Part shown: positions 25,399-39,809 of the stretch, in pieces
Layout: every line of letters begins with the position of its first letter
Position numbering within the stretch: position 1 is the stretch's first letter
From: Eledone cirrhosa
Taxonomy: Eukaryota
Assembly (NCBI GenBank): GCA_964016885.1
Contig: OZ024748.1
Location: 8,990,001 to 9,054,000, forward strand
Direction: 5' to 3'
Length of the DNA: 64,000 bases
Notes under the pieces: generated by a model
What the model was told of the DNA's origin: nothing
Seen by the model: the letters and a program-made list of their open reading frames with translations, nothing else
The model's database searches: none
Program-made: the position numbers and the translations under genes

Positions 25399-27272
25399 AC
25401 TCACACATACAGTCTCCCAGTTATATATATATAACCACATCTATCCCCTACACACACTCACACATACAGTCTCCCAGTTATATATATATAACCACATCTA
25501 TCCCCTACACACACACACACATACAGTCTCCCAGTTATATATATATAACCACATCTATCCCCTACACACACTCACACATACAGTCTCCCAGTTATATATA
25601 TATAACCACATCTATCGCCTACACACACACACACATACAGTCTCCCAGTTATATATATATAACCACATCTATCGCCTACACACACACACACATACAGTCT
25701 CCCAGTTATATATATATAACCACATCTATCCCCTACACACACACACACATACAGTCTCCCAGTTATATATATATAACCACATCTATCGCCTACACACACA
25801 CACACATACAGTCTCCCAGTTATATATATATAACCACATCTATCGCCTACACACACACACACATACAGTCTCCCAGTTATATATATATAACCACATCTAT
25901 CGCCTACACACACACACACATACAGTCTCCCAGTTATATATATATAACCACATCTATCCCCTACACACACTCACACATACAGTCTCCCAGTTATATATAT
26001 ATAACCACATCTATCCCCTACACACACTCACACATACAGTCTCCCAGTTATATATATATAACCACATCTATCCCCTACACACACTCACACATACAGTCTC
26101 CCAGTTATATATATATAACCACATCTATCCCCTACACACACTCACACATACAGTCTCCCAGTTATATATATATAACCACATCTATCCCCTACACACACTC
26201 ACACATACAGTCTCCCAGTTATATATATATAACCACATCTATCCCCTACACACACTCACACATACAGTCTCCCAGTTATATATATATAACCACATCTATC
26301 CCCTACACACACACACACACACAGTCTCCCAGTTATATATATATAACCACATCTATCCCCTACACACACTCACACACACACATACACACACACAGTCTCC
26401 CAGTTATATATATATAACCACATCTATCCCCTACACACACTCACACACACACATACACACACACAGTCTCCCAGTTATATATATATAACCACATCTATCC
26501 CCTACACACACTCACACACACACATACACACACACACACACAGTCTCCCAGTTATATATAACCACATCTATCCCCCTACACACACTCACACACACACATA
26601 CACACACACACACAGTCTCCCAGTTATATATAACCACATCTATCCCCCTACACACACTCACACACACACATACACACACACACACAGTCTCCCAGTTATA
26701 TATAACCACATCTATCCCCCTACACACACTCACACACACTCACACATACAGTCTCCCAGTTATATATATATATATAACCACATCTATCCCCTACACACAC
26801 TCACACACACACATACACACACAGTCTCCCAGTTATATATATATAACCACATCTATTCCCCTACACACACTCACACACACACACACACATACAGTCTCCC
26901 AGTTATATACATATAACCACATCTATCCCCCCCACACACATATACACATACACACACACACAGTCTCCCAGTCTCCCAGTTATATATATATAACCACATC
27001 TATCCCCCTACACGCACTCACACACACACACACACACAGTCTCCCAGTTATATATATATAACCACATCTATCCCCCCATACACACACACACACACACACA
27101 CAGTCTCCCAGTTATATATATATAACCACATCCATCCCCCCATACACACACACACACACACACACAGTCTCCCAGTTATATATATATAACCACATCCATC
27201 CCCCCACAGACACACATACACACACACATACAGTCTCCCAGTTATATATATATAACCACATCTATCCCCCCC

Positions 27273-27275
<3 letters not shown>
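25399..27275. repeat. ~55-bp minisatellite, roughly 30 units (cagtctcccagtt(at)n aaccacatctatcccctaca(ca)n)
   Basis: Homogeneous at the 5' end and increasingly divergent toward the 3' end. Confidence 0.95.
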
Positions 27276-27347
<72 letters not shown>

Positions 27348-27687
27348 ATAATTAAACCCCTTCCTTCAACAACACATTCATATATTTATATTTTTAAGTA
27401 GAAACACACAGACTCGCCCAGAACACATACATTCGCACACTCGTTTTCACACACGAACACACACACACCATAATACACACACACACACACACATATCCAC
27501 AACAATACACACAGTCTCACACAAACACACACACATACACACACACACACACAATCTCATTCACAAACACGCAATCAACTCACACACACACATGTAAAAT
27601 ACACACTCACACGTGTATTCACAGTTACACATTCAGCAGAAAACTACACCAGGACAGTAAATGAACCAAGATTAAGGAAACACCATA

Positions 27688-28031
27688 TGTTGTGGTTGTT
27701 GTACTGATTGTTGTAGTTGTGGTTGTAGTGGTTGTAGTGGTTGTAGTAGTTGTTGTAGTGGTTGTTGTAGTAGTTGTAGTACTTGTTGTAGTGGTTGTTG
27801 TAGTGGTTGTAGTGGTTGTTGTAGTTGTTGTAGTGGTTGTTGTACTGGTTGTTGTAGTAGTGGTTGTTGTAGTTGTAGTGGTTGTTGTGGTTGTAGTGGT
27901 TGTTGTAGTGGTTGTTGTAGTGGTTGTTGTAGTAGTGGTTGTAGTAGTTGTTGTACTGGTTGTTGTAGTAGTTGTTCTAGTGGTTGTTGTAGTGGTTGTT
28001 GTAGTAGTTGTAGTGGTTGTAGTAGTAGTAT

Positions 28032-28068
<37 letters not shown>

Positions 28069-28333
28069 TGTAGTGGTTGTTGTAATAGTTGTTGTAATAG
28101 TAGTAGTAGTAGTAGTAGTAATAGTTGTAATAGTTGTTGTAATAGTTGTAGTAGTAGTAGTAGTAGAAGTAGTAGTAGTAGTAGTGGTGGTTGTTGTGGT
28201 TGTAGTAGTAGTAGTAGTAGTAGTAGTAATGGTTGTAGTGGTTGTAGTAGTAGTAGTAGTGGTTGTTGTAATAGTTGTTGTAATAGTTGTTGTAGTGGTT
28301 GTAGCAGTAGTTGTAGTGGTTGTTGTAGTGGTT

Positions 28334-28394
<61 letters not shown>

Positions 28395-28570
28395 CAGCAG
28401 TAGTAGTAGTAGTAGTAGTAGTAGTCGTTGTTGTAGTAGTTGTTGTAGTGGTTATTGTAGTGGTTGTTGTATTGGTTGTTGTATTTGTTGGTGTAGATGT
28501 TGTTGCTGTCGTCGTTGTTGTATTTGTTATTGTATTCGTTGTTATTGCTGTTATTGTTGTTGTCGCCAAC
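27688..28570. repeat. Mixed (GTA/GTT/GTG)n triplet tract
   Basis: Direct inspection. Confidence 0.95.
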
Positions 28571-29517
28571 GTTATCGTTGTTCAGCCCCTGCAACCATTG
28601 ATCAAAATATATTCCAGCTCTGACCAACTTCCATCACTATTTAACCCTTCAATTGTTAACTGCCTGAAACCACTTCTGCTTCTACGAGGCTGATCTGTTG
28701 GTTTTTAAAGTATTTATATTATGCCAGAAGTTACGACAGGAAGATAAACTATCTTCCTCTTCTCTCTTGTTTCTTCTTTTATTTATTATTCTATAATCTG
28801 ATGAAAAACTAGTGTCCGAAACGTTAAAACACTTTCTTTTCCTACTATATCAAGCATTAAACTAATAATATATCATATATATATATTCATTATACTGTAT
28901 ATTATTATCATATATATATATACGTATGTATAGATGAATGTATATTTACGTATATATGTATGCATGCATCTATGATTTATGTATGTATGCTAACACACAA
29001 GCGCATATATATATATATATATATATACGTGTGTCTGTAAGCATACATATATACACATGTACTTAGATACATACGTACATGCAGACATATATATGTACGT
29101 ACGTATATATAAATATTTTTGTTTTGTCTGAGTTTTTCTCATATTTTTTTATTTCACCATCTTCGTGTCATTTTGCAAGTTTAGAATTCTCTACAAACAG
29201 CTTCAAGAAAGAAAACAGCAAAAGAAAGCTGAATGTTTGGTGGTGTATGTGGGTTGTGTTGGTTATGGTGTTGTAGGGGATAGGGGTCAGAATTTCATGT
29301 GGTTAGAGGTTGAGACGGGGCGGGGGACTCTCTGTTGCTAAAACAGAATATATCATAGATAATCATATATAACAGTGAGATTGTGATAAGTGCAAAGGAG
29401 ACGAAGAACAGCGAAAGAACAACTCGGCAAGGGAACATTTGAATTAGCAGGGAGAGAAAGAGAGAGGCAGAACAAAAGATAAAGGGAGCATGAGGGGGAA
29501 AGAAGCATTTTCTATCA

Positions 29518-29605
<88 letters not shown>

Positions 29606-30101
29606 TCCATCTTTGCCAAAGATTTGAGGAAAGATTGAAAAATTGACTTTTTATTTCCCAAATAAATTAATATGAATATTTTGTTTCTTTGAGTATATGT
29701 TTTTAGTTTTACCTTTGAAAAAAGGATTATTATTATTATTATTATTATTATTATCGTCATCAATACATTTTTCTTCAAAAGCAGGTGCAAAGAAATTTGC
29801 ATAACTCAAAGGTTGTTTACGTACAAACGTAAAATAAAAGCAGAAAGTAGGAATTGTCAAAAAAAAAAATAGTTTAATTGCTCTAAGAAACAAATTCCTT
29901 TGGTGATGTTCACGCGTTCTACCATTGTTTCAAATAATTAATGGATAGGTTTATAGATGTTTTTTTCGCTATCTCTCTCCTCTCACATTGTCTCAGACGA
30001 TATTTCACGTAACAAACCTATATATATATAATCTGGTTTATATCCTACTTGAACAAAATATAAAAAAAAAAATACACTTTCATAGATATTTCTTTATATG
30101 T

Positions 30102-30244
<143 letters not shown>

Positions 30245-30276
30245 TGCTGTCATATATAAACACGGAAACCCAAGCA

Positions 30277-30318
<42 letters not shown>

Positions 30319-31048
30319 CATATTTGTATAAATAATATACAAAAATGCATTGCTATTTATATGTATACAAAAATATATACATGAACACACGCACACTTGA
30401 AGATGGTAGTATATAAACAACAAACATGTCAGTCACACACACACACACATACACACACACGCATATATATATTTGAGTTTGTGTGTGTATATATTTACAC
30501 ATATGTATATATACACGTATGTACGTATGTATGTATAGTGAACAGCTATTTCTCTCGTAGACATATTAAAGAGACTGCCGTGTTCGAATTTAATCTATTT
30601 TTGTGATACATTTTACATTTCTTTGTTTTCCATTTCAATTTACTTTGGTCCAATAATGTTCCTAAGTCAATTAACTTTCCAAGAGCTTCTCGGTCTCATC
30701 TTCTGAAGAGGTGGTGATAATTATGGGTTGTTTTCACGTTTATGTAGTCGGCAACAAGGGATGATAAAAACCCTATTGTAGGTGATGAAATTATGATTGC
30801 CGAATTTTAAATTGTTTATCAGATACGATGTCCTCCTGACCATTGTCAAAATACGGCAATAACACACCACCATCACCACTTCACCCGAAGATGAGTTCGA
30901 GAAAGTGTGAAAACTTTAAAGTAGTTAGATACGTTATTGTTGGTTCAACATAACGAAATTACTCGAATGTAGGTTGATCAGTAATTATATATAATGCCTT
31001 AGAAGCTTTACGTTATCTCTATGGCTTATATATGCTATAACATCAATA

Positions 31049-31079
<31 letters not shown>

Positions 31080-31188
31080 ATTTAGTATATCTACTAACAT
31101 ATGCGTACAGATGTACGCTAATGCTAGCAAATACACAGGTTATGTCATAGTACCTAGGTGGTTCAATGCAGGAGGATGCAGAACAATA

Positions 31189-31333
31189 ATATAAAAGACG
31201 TAAAATAAGAAAATTTAAAAAAAATTTTTTTTTTAAATTAACTTACTTACTAAAATTTGTGTGAAAAGGAGTGAAAATTTTAGTAAGTAAGTTAATTTAA
31301 AAAAAATTTTTTTTTTAATTTTCTTATTTTACG

Positions 31334-31343
<10 letters not shown>
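31189..31343. repeat. AT-rich inverted repeat (~70-bp arms, 16-bp spacer) abutting (TA)n
   Basis: 31189-31258 versus 31275-31343. Confidence 0.85.
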
Positions 31344-31399
<56 letters not shown>

Positions 31400-31462
31400 G
31401 TTTCTATAGAAAAGGCTTCTACAGAACTAGAACTGTCTCATTCGTGTGAAATCATCAGGCAT
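31400..31462 (-). ncRNA. Degenerate family B hammerhead remnant
   Basis: Minus strand CTGATGA-tttc(acac)gaat-GAGA-cagttctagttctg-TA-gaagcc, homologous to 3307-3357; core GAAA>GAGA and stem I 5' strand lost. Confidence 0.55.
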
Positions 31463-31487
31463 TCCTGGATAACTGGAGAAGTCCCAA

Positions 31488-31730
31488 ATCTTCAAATCAA
31501 TCTCTGGTCTTAAAAAGCATATGAGGGTACATAAGGATGACATCCCACAAACTAACACAATCAATCTAATAATAGAGTGCACATCTTTTGTCTGTCACAT
31601 TTGCTGCAGACCCTGTAAATCTAATGTTGGACTTAAAAGCCACCTAAGAGGCCACGAACAGACGTTTGGAGTTGGTGGCGGTTGATGGGGTTACATAGGG
31701 CAATCATCTGAAAAGATGAAGCAATCACCC
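31488..31730 (+). mobile_element. 3' end of an RTE-like LINE with C-terminal C2H2 zinc-finger motifs
   Basis: 31488-31685 translates IFKSISGLKKHMRVH...FVCHICCRPCKSNVGLKSHLRGHEQTFGVGGG*, followed by a short 3' UTR and a (TATG)n-type tail. Confidence 0.7.
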
Positions 31731-32276
31731 ATGTATATATGTATGTACGCATGCATGAATATGTGTATGTATGTATATACGGATGTATACGTTTAGCACA
31801 ACACTGGTATATATTTAAAATTCCAAATCGGAAAGAGAAGATAATTATGTATATTTAGTTTCATTAATAATGTTGTTGATGATGATAATACTAGTAGTAG
31901 TAGGAATAACAATAACAACAACAAGAATGATAATATATATTTTTGACGAGATATATGACAGGATACCATTGATGTATTTCAGAAACCGTCAATATCATAA
32001 TAATATTAATAATTAACAACAACAACAGCAACGACAACAGCAACAACAACAACAAAAACAGCAACAACAACAACAACATCAGCAATAACAGCAACAACAA
32101 CATCAACAACAACAGCAATAATCCAGTGTTCATATTTCGGTTTAAGCGAGATACGAATGTTTACCAAGATGTGTAAGGTAAGTTTGAAAACAGTTATTAA
32201 ATATATATTATTACATTTATAATAGGTTCAAAACTTCGAGTATTAACACCATGGAACAACCCTGATTGATATATAT

Positions 32277-32349
<73 letters not shown>

Positions 32350-32541
32350 TACACCTTTCTCACTCACTCTCTCTCACTCACGCTCTCTCTCTATATATAT
32401 ATATGTGTATATATATATATATATATTTATGTATATATACACCTCTCTCTTACACACTCTCTCCATATATATATATATATATATATGCATATATAAGTAT
32501 GTATACACAGCCATTATATACCTATATATATATACACATCG

Positions 32542-32585
<44 letters not shown>

Positions 32586-33197
32586 ATCTGTTAATTAAGC
32601 AAGCAGTTGTTTAAAAGACTATCACTATGTCTTAAAGCAATATGTAATGTGTTGTTGTATATAATCCATATACATACATGTACATGCATTCATAGATATA
32701 TATACACACACCATTACGTATACATATCTATCGCCCACATTATATATATATATATTTATTTCCGCCAATCTCACAATTATTTCATTGACATAAGAATATC
32801 ATAAGTAGGTGTATGACGTAGAAAATTTTGAGTAATTTAGTTTGTCATACTTCATCATCTTTCTAATTAGCGTGTCGATAATTTGCATTAGCTGACCGGC
32901 TTGCTAGAAAGCAGACTATAATTGCTTTTCCTGTTACCAGAAAAGATGTAATCAAAAATTAATTTAAATATATCTAATATGATAGTAAATGTTCTTCAAA
33001 TTGGTTTCAACTGCAGTATTAAAAATATTTTTACGATGATATATATATAATATATACATATATATATATATTTATATATAAATATATATAAATATATATA
33101 TATATATATCATGTATATATATATATCATATATTTATATATATCATATATTTATATATAAATATATATATATATATATAGGTAAACAACCTAACATA

Positions 33198-33229
<32 letters not shown>

Positions 33230-33250
33230 TATATTATGTTAGGTTGTTTA

Positions 33251-33327
<77 letters not shown>

Positions 33328-33509
33328 TGTATATATATATATATCATATATTTATATATAAATATATATATATAGGTAAACAACCTAACATAATATATAT
33401 ATATATATATACATACATACATACATACATACATACATACATACATACTTACATGTGCGTGCGTGTGTGTGCATGTATGGACACATATGTGTATGTATGT
33501 ATACATGTT

Positions 33510-33557
<48 letters not shown>

Positions 33558-34096
33558 ACTGCTATTTATCTATCTCTCGCTTTATCTGCTTTCAAATTGC
33601 TTTTGCATATTTTTATACATCAACGAAGCTGAATTTGAAAACAAGACAGCAATGTGTTGAATATCAACCAGCGTTGTTGAGGGTAATTATATTCAGCTTT
33701 TTGTTGTTATTATTACTTATATACATATATATATGTGTGTGTGTGTGTGTGTTGGTGTGTTAGTGTGTTTGTATGTCTATGAATGTTTGTGTATGAGTGT
33801 ACATATGTGTGTATGTGTGTGTGTTCTTTTTCTTCTCCATGTCTTTTGCCTATTAATTACGTTATAGAATAACGTTGATAGTGAATTCTCCAATAATGGC
33901 TATATTAATTTGCTAATCCTAGAAAATTGCTAATATGGATATGGGAAGTAAATGCCTACAACAAGATTACACCAACAACAACAACAACAAAAATATTATT
34001 TTATTAAATGCTGTTAATTGCATAGAACGTCATGCTAAAATATGCTCTCATTCTGGAGTTTATGCGTGAGATATATATATATATATATATATATAC

Positions 34097-34283
34097 ATAC
34101 AAATATACATATATAAATACATACATGGATATACAATATTTAATACGGTATAATTAATATATGTGTATGCATATATATATATATATATATATAGATAGAT
34201 ATATATATATATGCATACACATATATTAATTATACCGTATTAAATATTGTATATCCATGTATGTATTTATATATGTATATTTG

Positions 34284-34286
<3 letters not shown>
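34097..34286. repeat. Inverted duplication (~88-bp arms) centred on a (TA)n/agatag tract
   Basis: ...catggatatacaatatttaatacggtataattaat... and its exact reverse complement. Confidence 0.9.
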
Positions 34287-34334
<48 letters not shown>

Positions 34335-34661
34335 ATTTTATAGCGTCTTCTAACATGAAATAGGAAACCTAATCGTGTATACAACTGTTGGAATATTCTT
34401 CATTTAAATGCTAAGAAGCCAGTGAGCCGGTAGAAGCAATAGAGCGCCGGACCAAATACTCCTAAAAAATACACTGAACTAAATCCCATAGGATATCTAT
34501 AATTCTAATGAATCTTCTGCTGGTGGTTCTGATGATGGTTCTGGTGTTGTTGTAGTTCTTTACCTGGTCTCTTTAATGCAATTATTGTTGGTATTGTTGA
34601 TGATGGCGGTTTTAGCGAATTATTTTTGTTGTTGACGTTATTGTTGTTTGTTATGTTTCAG

Positions 34662-36035
34662 ACCAACAGACCAACAGACCAACAGACCAACAGACCACAG
34701 ATCAACACGCCACAGATCAACATTTCACAGATAGATCAACACGCCACAGATCAGCCTCTCACAGATCAACACACCACATATCAACATATCAACACGCCAC
34801 AGATCAACACACCACAGACAACACACCACATATCAATACACCACAGATCAAAGCACCACAGATCAACACACCACATACCAACAGACCACAGACCAACAGA
34901 CCACAGATCAACACGCCACAGATCAACATGCCACAAATAGATCAACACGCCACAGATCAACACGCCACAGATCAGCCTCTCACAGATCAACACACCACAG
35001 ACCAACAGACCACAGATCAACAGACCACAGATCAACGCACCACAGATCAACACACCACAGATCAACACACCACAGATCAACACACCACTGATCAACACAC
35101 CACAGATCAACACACCACAGATCAACACACCACAGATCAACACACCACAGATCAACACACCACAGATCAACACACCACTGATCAACACACCACAGATCAA
35201 CACACCACAGATCAACACACCACAGATCAACACACCACAGATCAACACACCACAGATCAACAGACCACAGATCAACGCGCCACAGATCAACACACCACAG
35301 ATCAACACACCACAGATCAACACACCACAGATCAACACACCACAGATCAACACACCACAGATCAACACACCACTGATCAACACACCACAGATCAACACAC
35401 CACAGATCAACACACCACAGATCAACACACCACAGATCAACAGACCACAGATCAACGCACCACAGATCAACACACCACAGATCAACACACCACAGATCAA
35501 CACACCACAGATCAACACACCACAGACCAACAGACCACAGATCAACACACCACAGATCAACACACCACAGATCAACGCACCACAGATCAACACACCACAG
35601 ATCAACACACCACAGATCAACACACCACAGATCAACACACCACAGATCAACACACCACAGATCAACAGACCACAGATCAACGCACCACAGATCAACACAC
35701 CACAGATCAACACACCACAGATCAACACACCACAGATCAACACACCACAGACCAACAGACCACAGATCAACACACCACAGATCAACACACCACAGATCAA
35801 CGCACCACAGATCAACACACCACAGATCAACACACCACAGATCAACACACCACTGATCAACACATCACAGATCAACACACCACAGATCAACACACCACAG
35901 ACCAACAGACCACAGAGCAACACACCACTGATCAACACACCACAGATCAACACACCACAGATCAACACACCACAGATCAACACACCACAGATCAACACAC
36001 CACAGACCAACAGACCACAGATCAACACACAACAT
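34662..36035. repeat. 15-bp minisatellite (cacagatcaacacac)n, ~1.35 kb
   Basis: Direct inspection; more degenerate at the 5' end. Confidence 0.95.
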
Positions 36036-36421
36036 ATAAACACACTGTAAGAAGTTCTCGATACTTCCCCTAGTCTGTCATGGCTTGCTAGCTCTATACG
36101 GACGTTTAAATTGAATAAATAAATTAAATAAATAAATAAATAATCCTTTAGATTAAAACTGAAATAACTGTCATAACTTTCACTAAGTTTATCTCACATG
36201 TGAACAACGATCATGTTTTTATCTCACCGCGTATTCTAAAGAAAATTACAGAAACTAAGAAACTATTCCTCAACAAGGAAAACAAAAGACACGAATATAA
36301 GAAACAAAAGAATATTGAGAAATCCAAAGATTTTCACGTCTTTAACACCTAAATAGATTGGGTAAAAACATTGGAATTAAGAATGGATGATGTAGGAATG
36401 TGGATGGAAAAGAAATGTCTG

Positions 36422-36464
<43 letters not shown>

Positions 36465-36522
36465 GAACATAGTTTAGCTGTCAATAGAATATCACCAATG
36501 TCGTTCACTAACACCACTACAA

Positions 36523-36584
<62 letters not shown>

Positions 36585-36683
36585 TTGGTGGTGTCATTCC
36601 CTAATACTACCATAATATTGTGCACTCTTCACACAGTTGCTGTTATTGTATATAGAAAAAAGACGTAGTAGTAGTAGTAGTAA

Positions 36684-36758
<75 letters not shown>

Positions 36759-37239
36759 TAGTAGAGATTGGTAAGGTGGTGGTGGTGGTTTTTATTGTTA
36801 ATTGTGGTAATTTGGTTTTTCTAATTAATATCATTGTGGTTGTCATAACCAAAATTGTTATTAACGCAGATGTCATCAATTTTTTTCTAATCTCAATATA
36901 CTCACATCATCATCATCAGAGTCATCAACAGTCAACGAGATCATCATCATCTTCGTTATCTCTACATCAACATATAATTGCTATCATAAGCACCATCATC
37001 TTGATATTATTATCAGAGTCATCATCATCGCCAGCATCATCTTGATACCATTGCCATCAACATTATCATTATCATCATCACCAACATCATCTTGAGTACA
37101 ATCGTTGTCGTCATCATCATCACCAACACGACCACTGACACTACCACCAAAAGCCACCATCATCGCCAACATCATCCAGATATTGTCACCATCATCATCA
37201 TCAACAATATCATCACCATTACTAACATCATCATCATCA

Positions 37240-38322
37240 TCTAATAACTTGAGTACAATCGTTGTCATCACCACCACCACTGTTACTACCACCAACTACA
37301 ACAGCAACACCACTGATACTACCACCACCAACAACAACAACACCACCAACACCACCATCACCACCACCAACAACACCATCACCACCACCAACAACAACAA
37401 CACCCATCACCACAACCAACAACAACAACACCACCACCAACAACAACAACAACACCATCACCACCAACACCACCACCACCACCACCAACAACAACACCAA
37501 CAACACCACCATCACCAACAACAACACCAACACCACCACCAACAACAACAACACCAACAACACCACCATCACCAACAACACCATCACCACCACCACCAAC
37601 AACAACAACACCATCACCAACAACAACACCAACAACACCATCATCACCACCACCAACACCACCACCATCACCACCACCATCACCACCACCAACAACACAT
37701 TTACCACCTCCACCACCAGCTGCTCTTGTTACTGATGTTGTTATTGAAGCTGCTGCTGTTGTTATTACTGTTGCTACTGCTGCTGCTGTTGTTATTACTG
37801 TTGCTACTGCTGCTGCTGTTGTGTGTTGCTGTTGTTATTACTGTTGCTACTGCTGCTGCTGTTGTGTGTTGCTGTTGTTATTACTGTTGCTACTGTTGAT
37901 GCTGTGTTGCTAATGTTACTGCTGATGATGATAATCTTTCTGCCGCTGTTGCTCTTGTTATTACTGTTGCTGCTGCTGTTGTGTGTTGCTGTTATTACTG
38001 TTGCTACTGTTGCTGCTGTTGTTATTACTGTTGCTGCTGTTGCTGCTGTTGTGTGTTGCTGTTGTTATTACTATTGCTGCTGTTGCTGTTGTTGCTGCTG
38101 TTGTGTGTTGCTGCTGTTGCTGTTGTTGCTGCTGTTGTGTGTTGCTGTTGTTATTACTATTGCTGCTGTTGCTGTTGTTATTACTATTGCTGCTGTTGCT
38201 GTTGTTGCTGCTGTTGTGTGTTGCTGCTGTTGTGTGTTGCTGTTGTTATTACTATTGCTGCTGTTGCTATTGTTATTACTATTGCTGCTGTTGCTGTTGT
38301 TGCTGCTGTTGTGTGTTGCTGC
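37240..38322. repeat. (ACC/AAC)n tract followed by (TGC/TGT)n tract
   Basis: Direct inspection. Confidence 0.9.
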
Positions 38323-38676
38323 AGTACAGTCCGTTCATTAGATTTACAATATAAATATGTAGAGTTGTATTATTCTCAATAAACAGCATTAGGTTGAGAA
38401 GTCATTAAATTTATGGAGGAAAGTTTAAAAGACTCGTTTCAGATTTTACAGAGAATTTACACTCGGTTCAATGGTTTTATACTTCTCTCTACCTCTCTCT
38501 CCCAACCTCTACCTCTCTCTCCTAGCCGCTTTCTATCTCTCTCTCTCTCTATCTCCTAGTCTCTTTCTATCTCTCTCTCTCTCCCTCGCAACCACTACCT
38601 TTCTCTCTTTTGTTCTCCCAATCTCTCTCTCTCACCAAATTTCTTTCTTAGTCTCTTTCTCTCTATCTCACTTTCT

Positions 38677-38780
<104 letters not shown>

Positions 38781-39036
38781 TGTACGTCTGTGTCTACATG
38801 TGTGCGAGAAAGTGAGTGTGTGTATGTGTGTATGTGTATATGTGTGTATGTGCGGCGTGCGTGTGTGTCCTATCTAGTTTACTTCCTCTCTCATTCCATA
38901 AAACTTTTAATTCAATTTCAGAACCTATCATATCGATTGTTCACAAATTTAAATATAGAAAATTTAAATAATTTAAATATGTGGTATTTCGTTGGTTGAA
39001 TGTGAGATGTTAGTTTTTACATGTCAACTGATTACA

Positions 39037-39191
39037 ATAATTGTTTCTACTTTAGGCACAAGGCCAGCAATTACCCAGTGCATTACTGGTACTTTATTTT
39101 ATCGACCCCGTAAGGATAAAAGCAAAGTCAACCTCGGCGGGATTTGAACTCAGATCGCAAAGGGACGTAACTATGCTGGAAAGCATGGCGT
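39037..39191 (-). mobile_element. 5'-truncated tRNA-derived SINE
   Basis: Reverse-complement match to the SINE body and tail. Confidence 0.85.
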
Positions 39192-39809
39192 AATAATGTC
39201 GTTTTACGACTACAGCTTGGACAGTCTGGCTATATTTGACCCTTCACACCTATGTTGTTGACGTTGTTGTTGTTGTTGACGTTGTTGTTGTTGTGTCAAT
39301 GTTGTAATTGGTGGTGGTTGTGATGGTGGTGGTGGTGGTGGTGGTGGTGTTATTGGTGGCGGTGTTGGTGGAATTACCTGAGTTGATTCAACCAGCCATT
39401 CCATTCACTAATCCCTTCTAGTATTAACTCCACAAACCTTAAGTGTTTCTAAAATATTGTTTCTTTCATTCCCTTTTCGAACCTGACAAGTGAGAGAAAT
39501 GGATATTTCTTCACGGACAAAGGAGTTTCTTTGTCCGACTTGTACTAAACATAAATGGTTACTACCGTATCTGTTATGTCCGGCTAGTTAGTCTATAACA
39601 TTGGTGCTTTGATATCTTCGAGTCTAGACTCAATCTCTCTGCGATGGAACAAATGACACTAAGTTGTGTGGTTGTTGTTTAGCCAAGGTCAGCTCTGACA
39701 TAACTCACAAACAAGTTCAATCATATTCACAATATCTTGTTTTCGGACAAATGTATAAAGAACTTATTTTTAGGACAGTGAGATGTGATTTGATGATGAA
39801 ACAACAAGA

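Noticed and set aside
27625-28693. Poly-Thr and poly-Val ORFs resembling mucins
   Set aside because: Pure triplet microsatellite with no other coding signal
37105-38382. Poly-Q/H/T/L/C ORFs
   Set aside because: Triplet-repeat tracts open in several frames
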